The notes beneath the pieces are model-generated. The model was not told the DNA's origin. It was given only the letters and a program-made list of their open reading frames with translations, and made no database searches. Made by a program: the position numbers and the translations under genes. This document shows positions 47,334 to 58,160 of a stretch of 64,000 nucleotides of DNA, one piece after another; within the stretch, counting starts at the first letter, position 1, and the number at the start of each line of letters is the position of its first letter. This stretch comes from a phage: sequence record PV467749.1, one strand, 5' to 3'.

Positions 47334-48491
47334 ATGTCAAGATCGATTGCTGCTGCTGGACAATATAAGTTCGGTGAATGTGGATATGTAGTCGATGGTG
47401 CAATTCTCAACGATGGGACTAAACTCAAAAATGTTCGAATCTATCGTCAGAGAAGCCATAGATTATATGATTTACTTGATCCTGTAAGTAATGTAATTTA
47501 TCGTAAAGTACAAATTACAACAAAGGATATACAAGGATATCAATTAAACTACAACAAAACTAATGACCAAATCCTAAGTGAAATAAGAAAGAACTCTTTT
47601 TTCGTAAGAGGATACTCAGATGCTAAACTTGAATCAGATCCTACTGGGTTTGTTTATAAGTTTCTTTTGCACAAAACAATTCTAGGTAGTTCACAAACAC
47701 TATATAATATGTACACCCCTGAATGCGGGATTATAGATAGAGATATAGACAACATCCTTATGTTCCCAACGTTCGTAGGTGATGATTTGGTAGGTGGTCG
47801 CCTATTCAACGCAGGTTCAGCCATTGATACAACTGGAATGCGTATTACCGTTATACTTCCTGACGGAACCGAGTACTTCACAACTGAAATAATTGATGAT
47901 GTTTTTAGTATTCCAGTTGATCCAATTACTCAATCCGGTAAAGGAGCCATCATACTCACATCTGACATATATAATACCAAAACTATTGAATTTGATATAC
48001 TAGAAAGCGGCGAAGATATTGACTTCGTTACTTCAGTACTTCTATCTCAGTTTGAGTACACGTCCGATGGTATGTACATGGCAACTGTACCAGCTACTGT
48101 GCATGAGCGTGGTGAGTATCTTGCTCTACAAGCATACAGTGGTGATTTATTCCAAATTGGAGTAGACCTCATTGTAGATCCTAGCGGTAATATTACTGTG
48201 TACCAAACTGATGATGCTCCAATCTCATTGAGTATTATTGGTAAAACCTTACACACCACTCCATATCACAACACGTATACTGATAGTGATTGGGTAGATG
48301 ATGGTGATTCTATGTACACACTGTCCATTCCTGCCAGTGAACATGGTAAAATCCTCCCACAAGTTCAAGTCTATGCTGAAGACAATCACGTTGTACTAAG
48401 TGAAGTTGAACTCGATGCAGATGATAATGTTGTATTAAAAGTTGTTGAACCATTTGGCTGTACTGTAGTCATTGTTGGTTATAACGCATAA
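47334..48491 (+). CDS. hypothetical protein with internal duplicated beta-rich module (possible virion protein)
   Basis: The only + strand gene outside the array. Upstream aataaatacgttataat + ggaggg resembles the array promoter. DGMYMATVPATVHERGEYLALQAY and DSMYTLSIPASEHGKILPQVQVY form an internal repeat. Confidence 0.7.
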   Translation: MSRSIAAAGQYKFGECGYVVDGAILNDGTKLKNVRIYRQRSHRLYDLLDPVSNVIYRKVQITTKDIQGYQLNYNKTNDQILSEIRKNSFFVRGYSDAKLESDPTGFVYKFLLHKTILGSSQTLYNMYTPECGIIDRDIDNILMFPTFVGDDLVGGRLFNAGSAIDTTGMRITVILPDGTEYFTTEIIDDVFSIPVDPITQSGKGAIILTSDIYNTKTIEFDILESGEDIDFVTSVLLSQFEYTSDGMYMATVPATVHERGEYLALQAYSGDLFQIGVDLIVDPSGNITVYQTDDAPISLSIIGKTLHTTPYHNTYTDSDWVDDGDSMYTLSIPASEHGKILPQVQVYAEDNHVVLSEVELDADDNVVLKVVEPFGCTVVIVGYNA

Positions 48492-48498
48492 CAAAAAA

Positions 48499-48517
48499 GC
48501 CACTACATTGTAGTGGC
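48499..48517. terminator. bidirectional terminator
   Basis: gccactac-att-gtagtggc flanked by A6 / T-run between convergent genes. Confidence 0.75.
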
Positions 48518-48535
48518 TTTTCTTTTATCTATATC

Positions 48536-49351
48536 TTATTTGAAGTTTTTACGTAGAACTTCTTCCAGTGTTTGTTCTGGATTAGCAATTGCAACAGTGT
48601 AAATCAAATCTTTGAATGCCTGTACTGCTTGCTCAGTTGCTTCTTTGCCGAAGTTTGCTGAAATACTGCTAAACATATTTTCAGCACGTTCAGAACTAAT
48701 TAGTTCATTAACAAAGGTATCAATCTCTTTTTTGAGTTGACCAGTGGTCATGTCACCAATTAGCATTTCATCAACTTCTGGCTTTTCATCAGTACTAACA
48801 CGTACATTTGTAAAACCAAATACATCATCCAGTGAACCAAAACTATGTTTAACTTTAGTAACAATAGATGGCTTGGTGCGTTCTACTGGTTCTTCTTGTT
48901 TCTCTTCAGAATCAGTACTTGATTCATATGGCTTGGTGAACATATGAGTGAGAACGTCATCAATGTTTTTAATCATACCTTCAACACGTTCTTCAGTTTT
49001 CTTAGTAACTTCTTTGAATGCTTGCTCAAGTAGACGATCTTGAACTGTAGTGCGTACATCACCAACAACACCACGTAATTTTTCATTACACTGGTCTAGA
49101 ATTGATAATAGTTCACCACTTTTAATTTTGTCAACCAATAAATCAAGGTCAGATTTAACTTCAGGTTTCTTCTCAATACCATTTAGTAAGCTGTTAAGCT
49201 CTTGAGCACCCTCAATCGCTTCTTGATGACTGGTAAATTGAACAGGCACATCAACACCATCTAGAACGATATTGAGTACTTTACCATCTACATAAGCGTA
49301 AGAGTAAGATTCTTTTTTGAAGGAAATGGTTTTGAAGAAAATGTTGCTCAT
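48536..49351 (-). CDS. hypothetical acidic protein
   Basis: 271 aa. Confidence 0.65.
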   Translation of the reverse strand: MSNIFFKTISFKKESYSYAYVDGKVLNIVLDGVDVPVQFTSHQEAIEGAQELNSLLNGIEKKPEVKSDLDLLVDKIKSGELLSILDQCNEKLRGVVGDVRTTVQDRLLEQAFKEVTKKTEERVEGMIKNIDDVLTHMFTKPYESSTDSEEKQEEPVERTKPSIVTKVKHSFGSLDDVFGFTNVRVSTDEKPEVDEMLIGDMTTGQLKKEIDTFVNELISSERAENMFSSISANFGKEATEQAVQAFKDLIYTVAIANPEQTLEEVLRKNFK

Positions 49352-49362
49352 ATTGTTACTCC

Positions 49363-49704
49363 TTATTTCCCAGATGCTGGGTATGTTTTAAACATATAGT
49401 GACATTGTACTAAATCATTGAATTTCAATCCAAAATCTTTAGTACCCATCAGTGTGTGATAAAAATAATGTGAAATCTCATTGGTTTCTGCATCTTTAAT
49501 ATAGATACCGAACTCGGTACAGCAGAACTGAACGACTTCATTATAACCTACTAATTTCGAAACAACAAGTACTTGATCATAAGAATTTGCATCAAAACGA
49601 ATGATATACATATCTTCAGTTTCAGGATGCACAATCATACCACCACGTGAAATGATTTTGACAAAATTCTCGCTCAAGTACTGAATTGTTGAACTCATGT
49701 CCAT
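49363..49704 (-). CDS. hypothetical protein
   Basis: 113 aa. Confidence 0.6.
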   Translation of the reverse strand: MDMSSTIQYLSENFVKIISRGGMIVHPETEDMYIIRFDANSYDQVLVVSKLVGYNEVVQFCCTEFGIYIKDAETNEISHYFYHTLMGTKDFGLKFNDLVQCHYMFKTYPASGK

Positions 49705-49914
49705 CTACGACTCCTTGCGTATAACACGTCCTGTTAAGTGCTCGTCTGCACAGAACTTCATTATAAATGCCTTAAGATAGAAGTTGTCTAAGATGCGATA
49801 TGCTTGCTTCTTCATAACAACTTCCTTCTTTTCTACATCTATAATTATATCATGTTCTTCATGAAGTTCCTGGATCATTTTGTAAGTTTGGAAATTTAGT
49901 ACGCTCATAACCAC
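49705..49914 (-). CDS. hypothetical protein
   Basis: GTG start 7 nt after ggagg. Confidence 0.5.
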   Translation of the reverse strand: MVMSVLNFQTYKMIQELHEEHDIIIDVEKKEVVMKKQAYRILDNFYLKAFIMKFCADEHLTGRVIRKES

Positions 49915-50224
49915 CTATATCCTCCATTTCCCATAAAATTCCAATCGCAACTGAAAGATCATAGTGAATTTGAAAATAGCCATTTGCAGCAGTGTGGATA
50001 TAACCATGCTTGGTTATTGCATAACCCCACTTCTTACTCACCGAATGCATCTCACGCTTCAATGCATATGGTGAGCGGGGTAGCTTCTCTGGCTCTGGCT
50101 CACGGTTTTCGTTGTAAATCTCTTGTTCGATTCTCAACGCTTTATGATATGAGTATACATGAATTAGACGACAAAGTACAATAGTAATGCAACAAATAAT
50201 TGTAAAATATATCAGATTAATCAT
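49859..50224 (-). CDS. hypothetical protein with N-terminal TM
   Basis: 121 aa. Confidence 0.6.
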   Translation of the reverse strand: MINLIYFTIICCITIVLCRLIHVYSYHKALRIEQEIYNENREPEPEKLPRSPYALKREMHSVSKKWGYAITKHGYIHTAANGYFQIHYDLSVAIGILWEMEDIGGYERTKFPNLQNDPGTS

Positions 50225-50640
50225 TTCAACCTCTGCATAGAAACGTACTCGTTGATTGCATCAACTAAATCATATCCAGACATCACCGTATCATTGATGG
50301 TCACATTGTACTTTTTACTAACTTGTGTACCATCTGTTTTACTGTATAGTGATCCATCTGGTTGAATTGCTAAAGTATTGTTTAGAATAAAATCAAACAT
50401 TTCTTCTTTTGATAGATTTACAGTACAGGTGTCAATATGATCAGTACTTACCAATTCACGAGTATGTTTAACACCGTACTCGGTGTGTTCACCTACACTA
50501 CGATGCAATACCTTTAACTGCTCCGCTGCTGTCTCTTCGTCATAGACATGAATAGTTTCAGTACTGTATAAAATATCTTGAATATTACCAGTACTTACTT
50601 CTGTCCACGTGTCTTTGAAATGTGTTTTGATTGTTTTCAT
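50221..50640 (-). CDS. hypothetical protein
   Basis: 139 aa. Confidence 0.6.
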   Translation of the reverse strand: MKTIKTHFKDTWTEVSTGNIQDILYSTETIHVYDEETAAEQLKVLHRSVGEHTEYGVKHTRELVSTDHIDTCTVNLSKEEMFDFILNNTLAIQPDGSLYSKTDGTQVSKKYNVTINDTVMSGYDLVDAINEYVSMQRLK

Positions 50641-50651
50641 AGAAGCTCGTA

Positions 50652-51098
50652 TTAGTTATATGAAGTGAATAGATCGATACTTTCATCATCTACACTGATT
50701 AATTTACCAGTTGAACTAACAAACACAATATTACCACCAGGGGTGAGTTGAACACGCTGATTTACTGAATATTGATCACTAAGGTTATAATTAGCCCATT
50801 CAACTACATAACGCTGTTCAACACCATTAGTATCATAAAGATAAACGTGTGTAACATCACGCATTTTTAAACGTTCTAGCAGTGTTGAGTTATCCATGAA
50901 ATCAGATGGTGTGTCACTACGTAATGCGATACCAAACTCACCAATACCAGTACTAATAGTTAGACCGTTGGAAAAACGACTACAAAGAGTTTTCTCGTCA
51001 GCAATATGCATCCATAAAACATTCTTTACATCAATCTCAATGAACTCACAATTTTCAAACACTAACCCTACTTTAGAAACCTTACCATTAAATTGCAT
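50652..51098 (-). CDS. hypothetical protein
   Basis: Several possible starts (ttg atg atg) after ggag. Confidence 0.6.
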   Translation of the reverse strand: MQFNGKVSKVGLVFENCEFIEIDVKNVLWMHIADEKTLCSRFSNGLTISTGIGEFGIALRSDTPSDFMDNSTLLERLKMRDVTHVYLYDTNGVEQRYVVEWANYNLSDQYSVNQRVQLTPGGNIVFVSSTGKLISVDDESIDLFTSYN

Positions 51099-51495
51099 CA
51101 TCAACTCCTATTTTTTTGTATTTTAAAATAAAATCTCTTGCTGCTTTCATAAGTTTAAATGGAATAGCTAATTCTTTGACAGTACTATCCATGAAATGTT
51201 CTTCTTCTGTATCATAGAATGTTGACGTGTAGTGTTCACAATCATCAATTCTATCCCAGATACTTGGCGTGTCAGCAATAACAGTGATTTGTTTATCAGT
51301 TTTGGTATGTGCCGCATGGACCGTAAATCCAATATCACCCGTTTCAACACGAATTACAAACGATTTATCAGATATATAGCTCAACCAGCAATCTTTACCG
51401 AAGTATACAGTACTGTGTTTCTTCTCAAATGTATTACTGTTTTCAAGTACATCAATGACAATATCAACCTCATTATCACTTAAAATTTTATTCAT
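51088..51495 (-). CDS. hypothetical protein
   Basis: Start moved to MNKILSDNE (gaggaag SD). Confidence 0.6.
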   Translation of the reverse strand: MNKILSDNEVDIVIDVLENSNTFEKKHSTVYFGKDCWLSYISDKSFVIRVETGDIGFTVHAAHTKTDKQITVIADTPSIWDRIDDCEHYTSTFYDTEEEHFMDSTVKELAIPFKLMKAARDFILKYKKIGVDDAI

Positions 51496-51496
51496 A

Positions 51497-51901
51497 TCAT
51501 CTTCCTCGTAGGTTTCTGGCAATTTCAAAGATACCATTTATGTTGTCAACTGACAATCCACACATATCGTATAATGTAGATAGCTGAAAGAACATATCTT
51601 CATCTATAGTAACATGTTCAATCTGCATTTGCAAGAGCACTTCACCAAGAAAATGATCGTATGTTTGTATCTTAAAAGAATCATAATATATATCAATGAA
51701 GAATTTTGGCACACCATAGAACGAAACGACAAGTACAATGTTGTCAGAAGCTTCACATGGAACACTCAATGTATTTTTAAATGAACGGTATTCAAATGTG
51801 TACGGGTCTACGTCACATGTATAGAATGAACTACACCCTTCAGAAAATATTACACCATTTTCAATTAGCATAGATAGTGTATGTGGTGGAATTTTCAACA
51901 T
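51497..51901 (-). CDS. hypothetical protein, EE-x-FQ family
   Basis: DEDMFFQLSTLYD. Confidence 0.65.
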   Translation of the reverse strand: MLKIPPHTLSMLIENGVIFSEGCSSFYTCDVDPYTFEYRSFKNTLSVPCEASDNIVLVVSFYGVPKFFIDIYYDSFKIQTYDHFLGEVLLQMQIEHVTIDEDMFFQLSTLYDMCGLSVDNINGIFEIARNLRGR

Positions 51902-51909
51902 TTAAATGT

Positions 51910-52326
51910 TTATCCTTTATTTTGTTGTACGTTTTTATGTAGTACACCACAAATATAAAATAATTTACTTAGATTAGAATAACTTATGTTAGTTAGATCG
52001 TATACGAAATTTAGTTGCATGTACATATCTTCAGTTAAATCATACAACGATTCATCCACATCAATTACGATTTTGTGCGTGGTATCAATCTCTACTTTAT
52101 TAGGCCACATATCAATAACATAATCATTACCATGTTTTTCAGATATGGAAATGAACACATTATCGCTTTGTTCTAAAAACTCCATGTATCCGTTAAGAAA
52201 TGATCCAGTTATTATCTCATATTCACCAGAATAATACGTTGTTCTGGACTCAAATGCATTAAAAAATATAAAACGATATGTTTGGTTGATATACTCATCC
52301 ATTAAACTAATAACTTCTTTATTCAT
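51910..52326 (-). CDS. hypothetical protein, EE-x-FQ family (diverged)
   Basis: TEDMYMQLNFVYD. Start moved to MNKEVISL because the 5' extension reads through a terminator hairpin (aggctgattca-taa-tgaatcggcct + T6). Confidence 0.6.
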   Translation of the reverse strand: MNKEVISLMDEYINQTYRFIFFNAFESRTTYYSGEYEIITGSFLNGYMEFLEQSDNVFISISEKHGNDYVIDMWPNKVEIDTTHKIVIDVDESLYDLTEDMYMQLNFVYDLTNISYSNLSKLFYICGVLHKNVQQNKG

Positions 52327-52566
52327 TACATTAATCCCCACAAGAAAAAAGGCCGATTCATTATGAATCAGCCTTAAGTATAACACAGTAGAAGTAAAAA
52401 TGTCAACTTCTAAAATACAGTATCAAAGAGGAATAAAAAAGATACTGTTAGAGGGTAACGAATATAATGAACCATGAGGGTGATATCATTATACTTTAAA
52501 AGAGTGATAGCTTCTAGACAAAAGGAGGAATTCAGTACCGACTAGAAGCTATCCGGTTAAACGATT

Positions 52567-52851
52567 TCAGTACTGAATGTTTAGTTTAGGATGAGTATGT
52601 CCATCTTCGATTTGCTTTAGAATCGAGTCGCGGATCTCCACTGCACCCTGATAACTGTATTTATCGTTCGGAACTACCCATGTATATTCACCATCAGTGG
52701 TTTTAAAATCAATACATGGATTGTCTCTGTATTCAGATGCAATGATTGAAATAACATGCAATGAATTCAATGAATGATTTATATAAGGATAATTGTTATT
52801 GTCTCGGAACGTGAATGTTTTTAGTTCATCAGGTGCAACAATAAATTCCAT
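52567..52851 (-). CDS. hypothetical protein
   Basis: 94 aa. Confidence 0.6.
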   Translation of the reverse strand: MEFIVAPDELKTFTFRDNNNYPYINHSLNSLHVISIIASEYRDNPCIDFKTTDGEYTWVVPNDKYSYQGAVEIRDSILKQIEDGHTHPKLNIQY

Positions 52852-53042
52852 TATTCATCCTCGTACTTCTTGAATGGTTGAACATCTCCATTGAAGTCTT
52901 TGCACATCTTAGTTACACGAACTTCAGTGTTGTTGTGGTAATTTTTCTTAAATTCATAAGAAACATAATTACGAATACCAGGTGTATGAATAATAGCAAG
53001 AACCAATGTACGACCAAATAAGCATAACAAATTCAAAAACAT
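52851..53042 (-). CDS. hypothetical protein
   Basis: 63 aa. Confidence 0.5.
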   Translation of the reverse strand: MFLNLLCLFGRTLVLAIIHTPGIRNYVSYEFKKNYHNNTEVRVTKMCKDFNGDVQPFKKYEDE

Positions 53043-53055
53043 ATTAAGCTCCGAG

Positions 53056-53415
53056 TTATGGATTAATCAAACGACACATACCAACTATAACATTTATCTC
53101 TTCTAATGTCAAGTCACCAATGTCATTTATCATTGAGTACTGGAATAATGACTCTTCTGTGTACTCAAAATCATGTACTGCTATAAAAAATGGCTCCTTA
53201 GAAACATCTAATGTTATCTTAGCCATTGTACTATATAAATCAAATTGATACAAAATATTAGGAGAAGTATATGCTATGTATATATTATTAGATTCTGATG
53301 GGTGTACCAGTGTGAATACATCATAACATAATATTTTTATGTTAGGATCATCAAAATTACCAGTATAAAGATTCTTACGAACATCTTGCATTATACGAGT
53401 TATTAAACTAGTCAT
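53056..53415 (-). CDS. hypothetical protein, EE-x-FQ family
   Basis: TEESLFQYSMINDIGDLTLEEI. Confidence 0.65.
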   Translation of the reverse strand: MTSLITRIMQDVRKNLYTGNFDDPNIKILCYDVFTLVHPSESNNIYIAYTSPNILYQFDLYSTMAKITLDVSKEPFFIAVHDFEYTEESLFQYSMINDIGDLTLEEINVIVGMCRLINP

Positions 53416-53824
53416 TAAACGGATTTGTAACCTCTTCTGGAATCAATCTTTTAACTTTAAGGATAGCACTAATGTCCTCAAATGTCAATCCATTTAGATC
53501 GTTTACGAGACAGTACTGAAAGAATTTTTCTTCAGTATCAATATCGTCAAAATTCAATTCAATCCTAGTGTCATAATAATCACTATTTACATTAGCAATT
53601 CTGATTTTAACTCGTTCAAAATACACATCAAATGAATAAAAATGATTATTGATTTCATAACCAAGAAAAATATTAAAACATTTACTCAAATCAGTGGTTT
53701 CGTTCAAATCGTCATCATAGCAAAAAACTCTAACTTCACCAATATCTTCTAATTGTACATCATGCAGTGACCATGCGTTGTTTTTTAATACGTAGTTCAC
53801 CATTTTAACAATGTTGTATGTCAT
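53408..53824 (-). CDS. hypothetical protein, EE-x-FQ family
   Basis: TEEKFFQYCLVNDLNGLTFEDI. Confidence 0.65.
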   Translation of the reverse strand: MTYNIVKMVNYVLKNNAWSLHDVQLEDIGEVRVFCYDDDLNETTDLSKCFNIFLGYEINNHFYSFDVYFERVKIRIANVNSDYYDTRIELNFDDIDTEEKFFQYCLVNDLNGLTFEDISAILKVKRLIPEEVTNPFND

Positions 53825-53840
53825 ATTGTACCTTAAAAAA

Positions 53841-54236
53841 TTATTTACGATTCCTTGCGGAGTTCTTGTTCCTTGCTCTGAATGTTGGTGTCATCGAATG
53901 ACAATTAGGGCAAAGGATTTTTAAATTTGGTAGGTCATTATTTGTAGCATCACCATCAATGTGCTCAACTTCTGTCAGTACTGCACCATCTATTGGATGA
54001 CGTTTATCCCATCCACACTCTTCACATGCAGTTCCGCGTGTTTCATGTAGATATCTTCTCACAAATGGACATAACTGTATAGTAATACCTTTATATCCTG
54101 GATGTTCACCGTTAAGCCATTTATCAACTTTCTGTTGATATTGTAGCTCTTGTTGACATGCAACACTACAATATTTTGTTTGACCCTTTCGAACCAATTC
54201 AATTTTACAACATGCACAATAACGTTTTTCTTTCAT
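53841..54236 (-). CDS. HNH endonuclease
   Basis: EVEHIDGDATNNDLPNLKILCPNCHS; start moved to MKEKRY (ggag SD) because ORF-track start 54308 overlaps tRNA-Thr. Confidence 0.75.
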   Translation of the reverse strand: MKEKRYCACCKIELVRKGQTKYCSVACQQELQYQQKVDKWLNGEHPGYKGITIQLCPFVRRYLHETRGTACEECGWDKRHPIDGAVLTEVEHIDGDATNNDLPNLKILCPNCHSMTPTFRARNKNSARNRK

Positions 54237-54301
54237 ATAGTTCTCCATATAGTATGGAGTATTTATTTTCAAGAAAAATGTTATTTCTAAGAATATATTT
54301 G

Positions 54302-54372
54302 TGGTCAATATTAGAATCGAACTAATGACTCAGACTTACAAGATCCGTGTTATACCATTTAACTAATCAACC
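54302..54372 (-). tRNA. tRNA-Thr (UGU)
   Basis: Hand-folded 71-nt cloverleaf: GGTTGAT/ATTGACC acceptor, GTTA/TAAC D stem, CGGAT-CTTGTAA-GTCTG, ATTAG-TTCGATT-CTAAT. Confidence 0.85.
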
Positions 54373-54376
54373 AGAT

Positions 54377-54424
<48 letters not shown>

Positions 54425-54425
54425 C

Positions 54426-54756
<331 letters not shown>

Positions 54757-54775
54757 GCATACTCGAAGTACCTCT

Positions 54776-54813
<38 letters not shown>

Positions 54814-54832
54814 AACTGAATACTTACATCCC

Positions 54833-54867
<35 letters not shown>

Positions 54868-54912
54868 ATAGGCACACACGGAACTGCTTTATAAGCTACT
54901 GAATCGGGAATC

Positions 54913-55180
<268 letters not shown>

Positions 55181-55189
55181 TAATACCCG

Positions 55190-55591
55190 CTAGTAGTTTA
55201 AGTCTGCGGCGTTGAAGACACCAAGTGAAGTCTTACCACGTAGTTTAGGTGAAATGACATATTTTGTCAATTTCTTTTTACCGTACCAGTGATTGAATTC
55301 GTCTTCAGTAACATGTGGGTTCTGGAAATCGTATTCACGTTTCTTATGAAGTTTTTTAGCTTGTTCTGCAATCTTAGTTCGTTGATCTTCTGGAATGTCG
55401 AATGTATTGTTACGTTTGCACCATTCGTGCACTAATGCTTCCAGAAGGAACTGTTCAGTTTCTTTGACTAGAGTGATTTTAGTCAAGCCTTTTTCGATGT
55501 TCATATAATCATCGACATATCCATTCCAAATAACAATCTCTGGATTGCCGTCAATCTCTTGAAGCATTTTGATCAAGTCATTCTTTTTCAT
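55190..55591 (-). CDS. hypothetical protein
   Basis: 133 aa. Confidence 0.6.
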   Translation of the reverse strand: MKKNDLIKMLQEIDGNPEIVIWNGYVDDYMNIEKGLTKITLVKETEQFLLEALVHEWCKRNNTFDIPEDQRTKIAEQAKKLHKKREYDFQNPHVTEDEFNHWYGKKKLTKYVISPKLRGKTSLGVFNAADLNY

Positions 55592-55599
55592 TTAAATTC

Positions 55600-55857
<258 letters not shown>

Positions 55858-55866
55858 ATTTGTTTC

Positions 55867-56052
55867 CTATGAAATGAATGTAGCGTCAATTCCCATTATA
55901 AATGCAAATATACCAAACAATATCAACCCGATTGGTACAAAGATCATAGATCTATTTCCATGTTTCGATAAAAATCGCTCAACTGTAATTAAACGTATTG
56001 ATATCGGAACCATTATGATAATATACAATATTGAAAGAATTAAAAGTTGCAT
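55867..56052 (-). CDS. small membrane protein
   Basis: 61 aa, two TM segments. Confidence 0.55.
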   Translation of the reverse strand: MQLLILSILYIIIMVPISIRLITVERFLSKHGNRSMIFVPIGLILFGIFAFIMGIDATFIS

Positions 56053-56080
56053 TTTAATTTCCTATTGTAATTTCGTTTTG

Positions 56081-56153
56081 CGACTCTGGAGGAACTCGAA
56101 TCCCCAACCAATTAATTAACAGTTAATCGCACCACCTATTGTGCTACAGAGTC
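56081..56153 (-). tRNA. tRNA-Asn (GUU)
   Basis: 73-nt cloverleaf: GACTCTG/CAGAGTC, GCAC/GTGC, ATTAA-CTGTTAA-TTAAT, GGGGA-TTCGAGT-TCCTC. Confidence 0.85.
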
Positions 56154-56161
56154 ATAATTAT

Positions 56162-56368
56162 TTATAAGCCATGTCTTTTCAAAAATCTAGCAAACACATT
56201 TTTGGAAGCACCATAACTTTCATATATACTAACTTTTTTCTCACCATTATTCAAACGTTTTTTGATATCTTCTATGTTATCTTCTAAACGTTTTACGTTT
56301 GCAAATTTCTTAGATGGTATATTATTTTTGGTTCTATAATTCAGTACTGAACCTGAACTAATATTCAT
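56162..56368 (-). CDS. small basic protein, possible HTH DNA-binding
   Basis: 68 aa; VSIYESYGASKNVFARFLKRHGL helix-turn-helix-like; sits between tRNA genes. Confidence 0.45.
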   Translation of the reverse strand: MNISSGSVLNYRTKNNIPSKKFANVKRLEDNIEDIKKRLNNGEKKVSIYESYGASKNVFARFLKRHGL

Positions 56369-56386
56369 TATTTTATTTCAAAGTTT

Positions 56387-56691
56387 GTGAGCCATCTGTG
56401 AGTCGAACACAGTACCTAACGATTCGTATAATCTATAGTTTTCACTATAGTACGGACTATATCATCATCCCATAGGGATGCCGGACGCTAATGATGTATT
56501 ACACAGTAAGATCGTACTGTACCATCTAGTCTCTGCACCTTCCCAATACGCTTATTGGGCTTGGCTCAGGATTGTCATCACCATTACGTGTTAAGATTTC
56601 CCTGAATTCATCCAGTTTTTCAATCACCATTACTGATGAAAGTCACCATTGTCGATGAGTCGTTTGCTCTAACCACCGTGAGCTAATGGCC
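56387..56691 (-). tRNA. tRNA (anticodon CAU; Met or Ile2) interrupted by a group I intron
   Basis: 5' exon 56654-56691 GGGCCATTAGCTCACGGTGGTTAGAGCAAACGACTCAT. 3' exon 56387-56423 AATCGTTAGGTACTGTGTTCGACTCACAGATGGCTCA. The joined 75-nt sequence folds as a canonical cloverleaf. Confidence 0.85.
56424..56653 (-). ncRNA. group I intron (IC3-like, no ORF) in the tRNA anticodon loop
   Basis: 230 nt inserted after CAU. The 5' exon ends in U and the intron ends in G. Core elements GGTGCAGAGACTAGATGG (R) and GATGATATAGTCCG (S), plus GAGCCAAGC, as in bacterial tRNA introns. Confidence 0.8.
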
Positions 56692-56699
56692 CGATTTAG

Positions 56700-56936
<237 letters not shown>

Positions 56937-56961
56937 AAATTAATTATATCAGTACTTAATC

Positions 56962-57339
<378 letters not shown>

Positions 57340-57701
57340 ATCACCAACTTTAATTAAAAAAATGGATGGTGACGCTTTTAAACGCCGCTGTTAATTCAGC
57401 TTTATAACCACCCGTTTTAACTTGCCTTTCGGCTACCTTGACGTGGGGCGTACAGGCTACTAAAAGCAACTACTGTAAACATATTTCCACGCCTTACCCT
57501 TTTAAATAAAAGTCCATCCGGTTTTCCAGTTTGGTGAAGGATAGTCACCTCTAGTTTAAACCTGCTAGTCAAGTAATAATTGCCTATCGTCCAATTATCA
57601 AACCCGTCTAGGTTAACATTCACCACTTCCTAGAGTACCAGAGATCTTGTTCTGGATTGCATCGACGTAGCTTACACCATATACGTCTGATTGTGGAATT
57701 C
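57340..57701. other. non-coding GC-enriched region (candidate structured RNA)
   Basis: About 360 nt between two family genes. The only ORF (57417-57626) has an atypical composition. GNRA hairpin agcc-gaaa-ggca; ends accatccattttttt in the minus sense. Confidence 0.35.
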
Positions 57702-57726
57702 ATTATATCAGTACTGAACTATTTAG

Positions 57727-57730
<4 letters not shown>
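57702..57730 (-). promoter_or_regulatory. sigma70-type promoter
   Basis: Minus sense TTGACT-aaatagttcagtactga-TATAAT; near-identical copy at 58124-58151. Confidence 0.7.
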
Positions 57731-58152
<422 letters not shown>

Positions 58153-58160
58153 CTTTTTAT

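Noticed and set aside
52520-52535. aaaaggaggaatt in the hairpin loop as a relic of an array-type RBS or gene start
   Set aside because: No start codon or MLPF-like coding sequence follows, and the similarity is limited to the SD-like purine run.
57417-57626. 69-aa minus-strand ORF as a protein gene
   Set aside because: It has no SD and a composition unlike the neighbouring genes, and the region folds into GC-rich helices. It is kept only as part of the unexplained non-coding island.
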